This document shows, in pieces, positions 22,836 through 34,752 of a stretch of 57,852 nucleotides of DNA. Position 1 is the stretch's first letter, and every line of letters starts with the position of its first letter. Both the position numbers and the translations under genes were made by a program. A model generated the notes under the pieces. It searched no databases and was not told where the DNA came from. It worked only from the letters and a program-made list of their open reading frames with translations. Source of the DNA: Hemiscyllium ocellatum (taxonomy: Eukaryota); the NCBI RefSeq assembly GCF_020745735.1, contig NW_026868308.1, positions 1 through 57,852 of the forward strand, read 5' to 3'.

Positions 22836-23715
22836 GAAGGGGCGGGGCCAGAGAGACAGTTGGGTCTGAAGGGGCGGGGTCAGGGTGAGTTGGGTATGAA
22901 GGGGCGGGGCCAGAGTGAGTGGGGTATGAAGGGGCGGGGTCAGGGTGACAGTTGGGTATGAAGGGGCGGGGTCAGAGAGAGTGGGGTATGAAGGGGCGGG
23001 GTCAGAGTGAGAGGGGTATGAAGGGGCGGGGTCAGAGTGAGAGGGGTATGAAGGGGCGGGGTCAGAGTGAGTGGGGTATGAAGGGGCGGGGTCAGAGTGA
23101 CAGTTGGGTATGAAGGGGCGGGGTCAGAGTGAGAGGGGTATGAAGGGGCGGGGTCAGAGTGACAGTTGGGTATGAAGGGGCGGGGTCAGAGTGAGAGGGG
23201 TATGAAGGGGCGGGGTCAGAGTGAGAGGGGTATGAAGGGGCGGGGTCAGAGTGACAGTTGGGTATGAAGGGGCGGGGTCAGAGTGACAGTTGGGTATGAA
23301 GGGGCGGGGTCAGAGTGAGTGGGGTATGAAGGGGCGGGGTCAGAGTGAGAGGGGTATGAAGGGGCGGGGTCAGAGTGACAGTTGGGTATGAAGGGGCGGG
23401 GCCAGAGTGACAGTTGGGTATGAAGGGGCGGGGTCAGAGTGACAGTTGGGTATGAAGGGGCGGGGTCAGAGAGTGGGGTATGAAGGGGCGGGGTCAGAGT
23501 GAGTGGCGCATGAAGGGGCGGGGTCAGAGTGAGTTGGGTATGAAGGGGCGGGGTCAGAGTGAGTGGCGCATGAAGGGGCGGGGTCAGAGTGAGTTGGGTA
23601 TGAAGGGGCGGGGTCAGAGTGAGTGGCGCATGAAGGGGCGGGGTCAGAGTGAGTTGGATATGAAGGGGCGGGGTCAGAGTGACGTTCGGATTGAAGGGGC
23701 GGGGTCAGAGTGACG
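22836..23715. repeat. About 30-bp GC-box minisatellite (tgaaggggcggggtcagagtga...)
   Basis: About 29 units, each containing GGGGCGGGG. Confidence 0.95.
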
Positions 23716-23949
23716 TTCAGGATGGAAGAGGCGGGGTTGGAGTGACGTTTCGATTGAATGGGCGGGTTGGCGCTACCGGAAGGGGCGGGCTAACAGTGGC
23801 CGTTGGTGTTTAAATGCCCGGAAGAGGCGGGGTCGGAGTGACAGCGTGCGCACGGACGGGCCGGAAGAGGCGGAGTCGGAGTGACAGCGTGCGCACGGAC
23901 GGGCCGGAAGAGGCGGGGTCAGTGACGGTTGGAGCCGTTGGTCCCGGTA
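23680..23949 (+). promoter_or_regulatory. Putative RPUSD4 promoter: GC boxes, TGACGT half-sites, CCGGAAG ETS sites and NRF1-like GCGTGCGCA within a 43-bp duplication
   Basis: CCGGAAG at 23776, 23818, 23861 and 23904; TGACGT three times between 23680 and 23750; CpG-rich and directly upstream of the ATG. Confidence 0.6.
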
Positions 23950-26900
23950 ATGGCGGCGGCGGGGGGCCTGTGCGGACGGAGGCTCGGCCCCGGCTTCCTG
24001 CGGCGCGGGCGGTCAGGCCCAGGCCGAGGGATCCGCCGCAACCTCCTGTCCGTCCCCAACCCTCACCCCTCCCAGGACCCGGGGTCAGGAGGTCAACAGG
24101 TGGGGGAGGGGGCGGGGCCCGTGGTGGCGGGGGCGGGGCCCCGTGTGGGGAGGGGGCGGGGGCCCCGTGTGGGGAGGGGGCGGGGGCCCCGTGTGGGGAG
24201 GGCCCCCCGTGTGGGGAGGGCCCCGTGTGGGGAGGGGGCGGGGCCCCGTGTGGGGAGGGGGCGGGGCCTGTGATGGCGTGGGCGGGGCCTGTGATGGCGT
24301 GGCCGGGGCCCCGTGTGGGGAGGGGGCGGGGCCCCGTGTGGGGAGGGGGCGGGGCCAGTGTTGTAGGTGGGCGGGGTCCTGTGGTGGATGGGGCGCGGCC
24401 TGTGCTGGAGGGGCGGGGTCCCGTGGTGGAGGGGGGCGGGGTCCCGTGGTGGAGGGGGGGGTCTATGCTGGAGGTGGGCAAGCCTGTAATGAGGGGCGGG
24501 GCTTGTGAAGGAGGGGCGGGGCTCAATAGGTGATGTCAGTGGTTTGGGGGAGGGGCCATTGCGTCCAGAGACGGGGGTGGACCCCCATGACGACTATCTC
24601 CCCCCCCCCCCCCCCCCCCTTACCCTCCCTGACTGGGTGATGGTCCCTGTGTGATTATCCCCCCCCCCCCTTACCCTCCCTGACTGGGTGATGGTCCCTG
24701 TGTGATTATCCCCCCCCCCTTACCCTCCCTGACTGGGTGATGGTCCCTGTGTGATTATCCCCCACCCCCCCTCCCCCTCCCTGACTGGGTGATGGTCCCT
24801 GTGTGATTATCCCCCCCCCCCCCCCCTTACCCTCCCTGACTGGGTGATGGTCCCTGTGTGATTATCCCCCCCCCCCTTACCCTCCCTGACTGGGTGATGG
24901 TCCCTGTGTGATTATCCCCCCCCCCCCCCCCTTACCCTCCCTGACTGGGTGATGGTCCCTGTGTGATTATCCCCCCCCCCCCCCCCCTTACCCTCCCTGA
25001 CTGGGTGATGGTCCCTGTGTGATTATCCCCCCCCCCCTTACCCTCCCTGACTGGGTGATGGTCCCTGTGTGATTATCCCCCCCCCCCCCCCCTTACCCTC
25101 CCTGACTGGGTGATGGTCCCTGTGTGATTATCCCCCCCCCCCCCCTTACCCTCCCTGACTGGGTGATGGTCCCTGTGTGATTATCCCCCCCCCCCCCTTA
25201 CCCTCCCTGACTGGGTGATGGTCCCTGTGTGATTATCCCCCCCCCCCCCCCTTACCCTCCCTGACTGGGTGATGGTCCCTGTGTGATTATCCCCCCCCCC
25301 CCTTACCCTCCCTGACTGGGTGATGGTCCCTGTGTGATTATCCCCCACCCCCCCTTACCCTCCCTGACTGGGTGATGGTCCCTGTGTGATTATCCCCCAC
25401 CCCGCTTACCCTCCCTGACTGGGTGATGGTCCCTGTGTGATTATCCCCCCCCCCCCCCTTACCCTCCCTGACTGGGTGATGGTCCCTGTGTGATTATCCC
25501 CCCCCCCCCCTTACCCTCCCTGACTGGGTGATGGTCCCTGTGTGATTATCCCCCCCCCTTACCCTCCCTGACTGGGTGATGGTCCCTGTGTGATTATCCC
25601 CCCCCCTTACCCTCCCTGACTGGGTGATGGTCCCTGTGTGATTATCCCCCCTCCCCCCCTGACTGGGTGATGGTCCCTGTGTGATTATCCCCCCTCCCCC
25701 CCTGACTGGGTGATGGTCCCTGTGAGCTGTCTGGGTCTCGTGGGGATCATGGGGACAAGTCGCTCAATGCTGAACAGTTCTCTCTCTCTCTCCCTCTCCC
25801 CTCTCCCCCTTCCTCTCCACCCCCCCCCAGCCCCCGGTTACTCGGTCAGTACAGGAACTCCAGCGACTGAGCCAGCGCCTGCAGAGGGTGCACCCGAATG
25901 TTCTGGCCAAGGTGCTCCGGAAGAGCCTCACCCAGCACGGGGACAGCCTGCTCGCAGTTAATAAACCCTACGGGGTTCCCGTGACAGGTAAGGGGGGGCT
26001 CCCCACCTCCCAGCAAGCAGGGGCTGGGGGAGGAGGGCAATGCAACGCGGTCACTCACACCTCCACTGTGGTCTCATTCCACTCTCTCTCTCTCTCGCAC
26101 CACCCTCCCTCCCTCCCTCTCCATCTCTCTCTCCCCCCTCTCTTCCCCCCATCCTCCTCCCCCCCTCTCCCCTCCCCCCCCTCTCCCCTCCCCTCCCTCC
26201 CTCTCCCCATGTCTCCCTCCCTCTCCCCATGTCTCCCTTTCCCCTCCTCTCTCCCCCCACTCCCCCTCTCTCTCCCCCCTCTCTCCCCTCCTCCCTCCCC
26301 CTCTCCCCTCCCCCACTGTGGAGCAGCAGCCCCAGGCCTGGGTCCCAGCGTTGAGGAAGTGCTCCCGGTGCTGGCCAAGATGCAGTTTGGGATGAAGGCC
26401 GAGCCCCTGCACCTGTGTCACCGCCTGGATAAAGACAGCAGCGGTGCCATGCTGCTGGCCCGGGACCTCCAGTCAGCACAGGCCGTACGCCACCTCTTCA
26501 GGCAGCACCAGGTCACCAAGAAATACTGGTATAGCAGGGCCAACAAACTGTCCATTCACTCCATCCATCCGGGGGTGGGTGTGTGTAACTGTGTTCCCCC
26601 TGTCTCTCACTCCGTCTGGGTGTGTGTGTGTGTGTGTGTAACTGTGTTCCCCCTGTCTCTCACTCCGTCTGGGTGGGTGTGTGTGTGTGTAACTGTGTTC
26701 CCCCTGTCTCTCGCTCCGTCTGGGTGTGTGTGTGTAACTGTGTTCCCCCTGTCTCTCCCTCCGTCTGGGTGTGTGTGTGTGTGTAACTGTGTTCCCCCTG
26801 TCTCTCACTCCGTCTGGGTGCGTGTGTGTGTGTGTAACTGTGTTCCCCCTGTCTCTCACTCCGTCTGGGTGTGTGTGTGTAACTGTGTTCCCCCTGTCTC

Positions 26901-29900
26901 TCCCTCCGTCTGGGTGTGTGTGTGTGTGTAACTGTGTTCCCCCTGTCTCTCACTCCGTCTGGGTGCGTGTGTGTATCTGTGTTCCCCCTGTCTCTCCCTC
27001 CGTCTGGGTGTGTGTGTGTAACTGTGTTCCCCCTGTCTCTCCCTCCGTCTGGGTGTGTGTGTGTAACTGTGTTCCCCCTGTCTCTCACTCCGTCTGGGTG
27101 TGTGTGTGTGTGTAACTGTGTTCCCCCTGTCTCTCACTCCGTCTGGGTGTGTGTGTGTGTGTAACTGTGTTCCCCCTGTCTCTCACTCCGTCTGGGTGGG
27201 TGTGTGTGTGTGTAACTGTGTTCCCCCTGTCTCTCGCTCCGTCTGGGTGTGTGTGTGTAACTGTGTTCCCCCTGTCTCTCCCTCCGTCTGGGTGTGTGTG
27301 TGTAACTGTGTTCCCCCTGTCTCTCCCTCCGTCTGGGTGGGTGTGTGTGTGTGTAGCTGTGTTCCCCCTGTCTCTCCCTCCGTCTGGGTGGGTGTGTGTA
27401 ACTGTGTTCCCCCTGTCTCTCCCTCCGTCTGGGTGGGTGGGTGTGTGTGTGTGTAGCTGTGTTCCCCCTGTCTCTCCCTCCGTCTGGGTGGGTGTGTGTA
27501 ACTGTGTTCCCCCTGTCTCTCCCTCCGTCTGGGTGGGTGTGTGTGTGTAGCTGTGTTCCCCCTGTCTCTCCCTCCGTCTGGGTGCGTGTGTGTAACTGTG
27601 TTCCCCCTGTCTCTCCCTCCGTCTGGGTGTGTGTGTGTAACTGTGTTCCCCCTGTCTCTCCCTCCGTCTGGGTGTGTAACTGTGTTCCCCCCGTCTCTCC
27701 CTCTGTCTGGGTGTGTAACTGTGTTCCCCCTGTCTCTCCCTCCGTCTGGGTGTGTAACTGTGTTCCCCCTGTCTCTCCCTCTGTCTGGGTGCGTGTGTGT
27801 AGCTGTGTTCCCCCTGTCTCTCCCTCCGTCTGGGTGCGTGTGTGTAGCTGTGTTCCCCCTGTCTCTCCCTCCGTCTGGGTGCGTGTGTGTAGCTGTGTTC
27901 CCCCTGTCTCTCCCTCCGTCTGGGTGCGTGTGTGTATCTGTGTTCCCCCTGTCTCTCCCTCCGTCTGGGTGTGTGTGTGTAACTGTGTTCCCCCTGTCTC
28001 TCCCTCCGTCTGGGTGTGTAACTGTGTTCCCCCTGTCTCTCCCTCTGTCTGGGTGTGTAACTGTGTTCCCCCTGTCTCTCCCTCCGTCTGGGTGTGTAAC
28101 TGTGTTCCCCGTCTCTCCCTCCGTCTGGGTGCGTGTGTGTATCTGTGTTCCCCCTGTCTCTCCCTCCGTCTGGGTGTGTGTGTGTAACTGTGTTCCCCCT
28201 GTCTCTCCCTCCGTCTGGGTGTGTAACTGTGTTCCCCCTGTCTCTCCCTCTGTCTGGGTGTGTATCTGTGTTCCCCCTGTCTCTCCCTCCGTCTGGGTGT
28301 GTAACTGTGTTCCCCCTGTCTCTCCCTCCGTCTGTCTGTGGTGTAATGATGTTAACCCGGTCTCTCTCTCTCTCCCTCTCTCAGGGTTATAACTGTGGGA
28401 GTTCCAGTCCCTGCTGAAGGAGTTATTGACATTCCCATCATTGAGAGGGTGGTCAGCAGCCCCAGGAAACATTTTAAGGTCAGATTCTGGCTTAATATCT
28501 CCCTCAGACACTCCCAGGGGACAGCATGGGGTTAGATACAGCGTAAAGCTCCCTCTACACTGTCCCCCCATCCCAGGGACAGGGACACCACGGGGTTAGA
28601 TACAGAGTAAAGCTCCCTCTACACTGTCCCCCCATCCCAGGGACAGGGACACCACGGGGTTAGATACAGAGTAAAGCTCCCTCTACACTGTCCCCCCATC
28701 CCAGGGACAGGGACACCACGGGGTTAGATACAGAGTAAAGCTCCCTCTACACTGTCCCCCCCATCCCAGGGACAGGGACACCACGGGGTTAGATACAGAG
28801 TAAAGCTCCCTCTACACTGTCCCCCCATCCCATGGACAGGGACAGCACGGGGTTAGATACAGAGTAAAGCTCCCTCTACACTGTCCCCCCATCCCATGGA
28901 CAGGGACAGCACGGGGTTAGATACAGAGTAAAGCTCCCTCTTGTTATAAAGTGGAGGTTGGGCCCCTTCTGAGAACTGAAACTGAAATGCCCCACAGAGC
29001 ACCACCCACCCTGTAATCTGACAACCTGTCTCTCCTGAATTCCAGCACCTTCCGGTGGGTAAATCAGATCAGTCCCTTATACACTCACTTCCTAAAACTG
29101 ACAAGTAACTCGCTTGTTTTATTTATCAAACACTCACCATGAACATATGTATTAACAAACTGAATAAATCCCTTCAAACACAACAGAAGTTTGTCTGTTG
29201 GAATTCGCCCCAGACGACGTGCCTTCTGGAATGTTCTGTACCTCCTTCTCTGTCATTTGTCCCGTGGTTATTGAGATGGTGTTCTCTCTCTGGCGTAGAG
29301 GAGGCTGTGAGAGCCAGTGATTCTCTCTCGAGAGAGAGCTGAGGGTTGTTTGTCCAACTGCCCCCTTCCTTTCCTGCCCATCGATGACCTGTCAGTATTT
29401 CCTACAATAGGATTGGGTCCTCTGTTGTCAGAACCATCAGATTTACATTTAGTGGGCTTTTGGTGTCGAAGGGCCTGGTTTAAATTGATTGGCTAAGTTT
29501 GAAAGTCTGTTGCCTTGGCAAAAACTGCTGCTTACTGTACGGCCTTTCTGTACAAAATATTTCAGTCCGAGGGCTCTCAGCACATTCTTTCTGCGCTTCG
29601 CGATTTAGAATGAAAAATAAAACAACGCAATCTTCTAAAGGGACCATGCAGCGCGTCCCCCAAGCCCTCTGAGCATTTTACAAACACCAAATTCTAGCTT
29701 GCCGTCTCCCAATCTACAATTACTCCACCCACGTTCACGGCACTCGACACTGATCCCCCCCCCCCACCTCTATCCCAGGACAGGGCGAGGTACAAAGTGA
29801 CGCTGTGTCCCTGCCTCCTGCAGATGGCCCTTGCTCCTTTATTCCGAGTCGGTGACGTGGAGGGCACCATGTTACGGGTGCGGCAGAGCCGAGCTGCACA

Positions 29901-31430
29901 CACTGCTGTCACCCATTATCGCGTCCTGCAAAGTTCCGGCTCTGCTGCTCTGCTGGAGCTACAGCCATTGACGGGTGAGTGGCCGGGGGGGGGGGGGGAT
30001 GCCAGGGGTCCGGCTCTCCCTCCAATCCCTGCAGTGGTCTCCAAATATCGCACGCAGTGTGTGTGTACGTATGTGGGCAAAACATCTATCACTCTTCCCT
30101 TAGCTTCCAAGTTCGGAAGGTACGTTCACTTGGTGAGTCACTGCACTGGGGCTTGCAGAGGGTACACACTACTGCTCCTCTACGTCGGAACGGGGGAGGG
30201 GGGGGATTCAGTGATGGTAACGTCATTGAACGTCAAGGGGGCGATGGTTAGATTCTCTCTCAATGGGAACCCCCAGGATGTTGATAGTGGGGAGGGGGGG
30301 AGGGGGGATTCAGTGACGGTAACACCATTGAACGTCAAGGGGGCGATGGTTAGATTCTCTCTCAATGGGAACCCCCAGGATGTTGATAGTGGGGGGGAGG
30401 GGGGATTCAGTGACGGTAACACCATTGAACGTCAAGGGGGCGATGGTTAGATTCTCTCTCAATGGGAACCCCCAGGATGTTGATAGTGAGGGGAGGGGGG
30501 ATTCAGTGAGGGTAACACCATTGAACGTCAAGGGGGCGATGGTTAGATTCTCTCTCAATGGGAACCCCCAGGATGTTGATAGTGAGGGGAGGGGGGATTC
30601 AGTGACGGTAACACCATTGAACGTCAAGGGGGCGATGGTTAGATTCTCTCTAGTTGGAGATGCCCATGGCCTGGTTATTATGAGACGATGGTACCTGCCC
30701 CGGCCTCCTCCTCCTCCAGGCCCGTGTGCAGTGATGCCTGGGCTGGAGAGTGGTTCCCTCTGCTGGACATCCACCTGTCCATGAGACAGCCCCTCTCTCT
30801 CTCCCTCAGTGAGGTGATCTGAACGTGTGTGTGGTCAGGAAGCTCAGGGTTTGGGGACCAGCTGAGTGGGAATGAGTAACTGATACCCTCTTCCCCCCAG
30901 GCGTGAAACATCAGCTGAGGGTCCATCTTGCTCTGGGGCTCAGCTGCCCCATCCTCGGTGACCATAAATATTCCAAGTGGAACAGCCTCCAACCACAGGT
31001 AAGAGAGAGGGGGGGGGGAGGGAGACGGAGGGAGTGGGAGAGTGAGGGAGTGGGTGATGGGGGGTGGGGGGGAGGGGGAGACGGGGAATGGGTGACAGGG
31101 AGTGAGGGGGGGACACGGAGGGGGAATGGTGGATGGTGGTGGATTCACACAGACATGTTGTGTATTAATCTCTGTGCCTGGGGTTTTGTTTGGAACCAGA
31201 AACTTCCGGAAGGCATGCTGAAACGGCTGGGCCTGCCCCAGCCAAAGTGCCGGTACCTGCCTCTGTACGTTCACGGCCGGCAGCTGTTGGTGCCGGGACC
31301 CGGGGAAGGGGACAGCTCAGCCTCCGAGACCCACCGCCTCCAGCTCAATGTGGTCAGCAAGCCCCCCCGCTACTTCCGAGAAGCCCTGAGGAAACTCGGG
31401 ATCCAGACCCCGGAGAGTCCGTCCCAGTGA
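23950..31430 (+). CDS. RPUSD4: Mitochondrial RNA pseudouridine synthase RPUSD4 (RluA family), about 360 aa. Exons: 23950-24099, 25831-25987, ~26327-26528, 28385-28478, 29824-29974, 30901-30998, 31200-31430
   Basis: Arg/Gly/Leu-rich N-terminus resembling a mitochondrial presequence. Contains [36 protein letters not shown] (RluA catalytic HRLD), KKYW|[12 protein letters not shown]|[24 protein letters not shown] and [12 protein letters not shown]. All GT-AG phases are consistent (1083 nt). The exact acceptor of exon 3 is ambiguous (tandem NAGs) and exon 1 is the least certain. Confidence 0.95.
24100..24522. repeat. G-rich repeat at the start of RPUSD4 intron 1 (ccccgtgtggggagggggcgggg) with G-quadruplex potential
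   Basis: Repeated G4-G5 runs on the sense strand. Confidence 0.8.
24595..25725. repeat. About 55-60-bp minisatellite with a variable poly-C (gattat(c)nttaccctccctgactgggtgatggtccctgtgt)
   Basis: About 19 units. Confidence 0.95.
26575..28338. repeat. About 40-50-bp minisatellite (gtaactgtgttccccctgtctctccctccgtctgg(gt)n)
   Basis: Tandem units filling RPUSD4 intron 3. Confidence 0.96.
28515..28940 (-). repeat. Minisatellite family A (reverse orientation)
   Basis: Reverse complement of the 530-945 unit. Confidence 0.95.
30195..30680 (-). repeat. About 97-bp tandem repeat (about 5 copies) derived from the same LINE fragment
   Basis: Unit gggattcagtgacggtaacaccattgaacgtcaagggggcgatggttagattctctctcaatgggaacccccaggatgttgatagtg. 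Confidence 0.85.
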
Positions 31431-32127
31431 CGGCGGGCTCCGCACAGCTCCAGGGCATCAGCGATGCCGGGTCAGTCAGGGCTGAGGGGCAGGAACGAGG
31501 GGCCTCCTTCAACAAGAACGAGATGGGCGATGCCGAGGGTCGGGGGATAAAAAAAAACCAAGAGTTGAAAGCTCACTCAACCACGAGAGTATTTACAGAG
31601 GCATTCTGACACACACACACACATCCGAGTCAGCGAGAGAGAGATGGTTAGCCTGCGTTCTCCGGAGAAACTGGACTGTGCAGGCGTTTGGGCGTTCCTG
31701 GGTTGAACACGGTTTGTCGTACACGTCTCCAAAAGCTGGAAGGGAAGTGGCGTTTCTGCTGAAAAGCGGGTCGCTTTGCTCTGATTGAGATTTTTTGAGA
31801 ATGATGGAGCTTATCGCTTTAAATTATTGGACAAACGGCCTTGATTGAGGGAAGGATTCTGCCATTTGTGACCTAGCAACAGCCTCTGAAATCCAGTTGA
31901 CATTCCATTTGCAGAAGAGTTCTGTCAGCTGGTGACAGAAGGTCTCTCTCTCTCTGATCGAATCCGAGCCATTGTGTGACAGAGGATGAAGATTCTCGAC
32001 AGTCGCCAGTTCAGTCTCCATGAGGAAAAGGAACAAGTTCACGTATTCTCTCAGTCTCTGAAAAGGCCGTCATCCCCTTCCTGCCTTGCTTTCAGGGAGT
32101 GGGAGGTGTTGCACAGCTCCACCTCAG

Positions 32128-32133
32128 AATAAA
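32128..32133 (+). terminator. Polyadenylation signal AATAAA, probably for RPUSD4
   Basis: First canonical AATAAA after the RPUSD4 stop, followed by a T-run and GT-rich sequence. Confidence 0.6.
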
Positions 32134-32305
32134 TTAATCTTTTTTTTTAAGACATTGTTGAAGGCGTGTTGTGGAGGTCCCTGGGAGCTGTTTCCCGTTG
32201 GTTAAATGAAAGAGCGATGCTCCTGGTGGACACTGGGCTGCCACACCTCAGCCTACCCCAGTGAGCCGGCACAGTGTTCATCGGTAATCCTGCTGCTGCC
32301 AGTAT

Positions 32306-32661
32306 TCACTCACTCGGGCTGGTACTGAGAGTCTCCAGGAGCCTGTGACAGTGACGGAGGACGGAGCGGTCAGTCTTCCTGGCACTGCCCAGTACCCTCT
32401 GCTCCGTCTCCTGGACAATCAGAGACAGCTTCTCACATGAGTTCATCGAGACCAGAACCTGAGAGGGGCAGTGGAGGGGAAAGCAGGGGGGGAGGGTCAG
32501 GATACCATCAAAACCACAAATCTCAATCTCTGGGGCTATTTCTCTCTGACACACACACACACACACACACACTCCTGTATCTGGGGAGGTCTCTCTAACC
32601 CTCTCTCTCTCTCTCTCACTCACACACACACACACCTGTACCTGGGGAGGTCTCTCTAACC

Positions 32662-32692
<31 letters not shown>

Positions 32693-32722
32693 TCCTGTAC
32701 CTGGGGAGGTCTCTCTAACCCC

Positions 32723-32761
<39 letters not shown>

Positions 32762-32877
32762 TCACACACACACACACTCCTGTACCTGGGGAGGTCTCTC
32801 TAACCCTCTCTCTCACTCACACTCACACTCACACACACACACACACACACTCCTGTACCTGGGGAGGTCTCTCTAAC

Positions 32878-32913
<36 letters not shown>

Positions 32914-33004
32914 TCCTGTACCTGGGGAGGTCTCTCTAACCCTCTCTCTCTCTCACATGCGCACACACACACACACACTCCTGTACCTGGGGAGGTCTCT
33001 CTAA

Positions 33005-33045
<41 letters not shown>

Positions 33046-33140
33046 CTGTACCTGGGGAGGTCTCTCTAACCCTCTCTCTCACACACACACACACACTCCT
33101 GTACCTGGGGAGGTCTCTCTAACCCTCTCTCTCTCTCACA

Positions 33141-33175
<35 letters not shown>

Positions 33176-34713
33176 TCCTGTACCTGGGGAGGTCTCTCTC
33201 TTGCCCCCATCCCCCCCAGCGGTTTACCCTTACCTGCCGGATGTGGGGCCACTGAGCCAGTGCCCTGAGAGCGGAGAGAGCAGCCTCTCGGACGGGAGCA
33301 GGCTGGCTGTGTGGACGCTGGGCTGCGGCGAGCTGTAGGAGCTGCTGGGGGACGGCGGAGCTGAGCAGGAGCTGGCCCAGGGCCTGCCTGGAGCTGGAGG
33401 AGGAGGAGGAGGTTCCCAGGTTGTGCAGGGCTGAGCAGGCATGTTGCCTGGTACGTGGGCTGGGGTCAGACAGCAGGCGCAGAAGAGCAGGTAGTGTCCC
33501 AGCGGTGACGCAGCTGCCCCCGAAGGCTGCGTTTCCCACCGCCAGGCCGGCGCTCTCTCGTACCCCTGGCTCTGGGTCCCCCAGGAGGGGCAGCACGGCC
33601 TCCAGCAGTGGGACAGGGGACGCTCCCTGCTCAGACAGCAGCCAGGCCGTCAGGCTGCAGGCCTTCCTGCGGAGCCCGGGATCCGGGTGGCACAGAGCTA
33701 GCCGCAGGGTATCCCAGTCCCCAGCTGGGGATACCACCGCCCGGACATATGGCAGGTGATGGGCCGAGCAGCGACACACCTGCCCCAGGAGGGAGAGCAG
33801 CAGCTCAGCCCGGCTCACCCTGCCAGGCTCGGGCTCGGAGTCCGGCTCCAGCAGCAGCAGCAGCTCCCCCAGGTACCGGGCCCAGGGTTCAGGGCCCACA
33901 CTTCCGGGGCCCACTAACTGGTCCACAAATCCCCGGTCACTGAATCCCAGGCGGCACAACAGAGCCAGGGGCATCTCCCTCTGCACAGCAGGCAGGCGCT
34001 GGCCCAGGCTCAGCTGGGCAAGGCAACGGGCCGGGAGGGAGAGGGGAGGGGGGGAGAGACATGGGCAGGGGGAGTGGGGAAGTGGAGAGACGGGGAGGGG
34101 CGGGAACGGGGAGGGGGGGTGAGAGACGGGGAGGGGGGGGTGAGAGACAGGGGGGAGGGGTGGGGGTGGGGGAGGGGGAGAGACACGGGAGGGGGTAAGG
34201 GGAGAGACGGGGGAGGGGAGGGAGAGGGTGGGGGAGAGGCGTAGATATACGGAGCGAGGTTAAGTGGGGAAGACAGAGCGGTGTAGATGGTGTAAAATCG
34301 ATGGGGGATGGAGAGACCAGGGGAGAGCAGAGAGAGAGCGGGTGAGAAAGATATTCGGGGGGGGAGGGGGGGAAAGAGAGTTGGAAGGAGGGAGGATGGG
34401 AGAGAGACCGGGCAAGGTGGAGGGAGTCAGAGAGTGTAACAATTAGTGGGAGAAAGGCCCAGTGAAAGGAAGTGGTTGGGGTAGAGGGTGGGAAGGGGGC
34501 AGAGCAAACAAGAACAGAACATTAGCACATGATAAAAACAATCCATGTGACAGCCACATACATACAACAGACTGTCAGTGTGTTCTTGCTGCAGGGGGGA
34601 GGGGAGGGGAGGGGAGTGAGTGTAAACCTGTGTGCGGGAGAAACAGACGGTGTGTGTGTGTACATGCGCGAGAGAGAGACTGTATGTCTGAGTGGGAGAG
34701 TGTGGGACAGACT

Positions 34714-34752
<39 letters not shown>

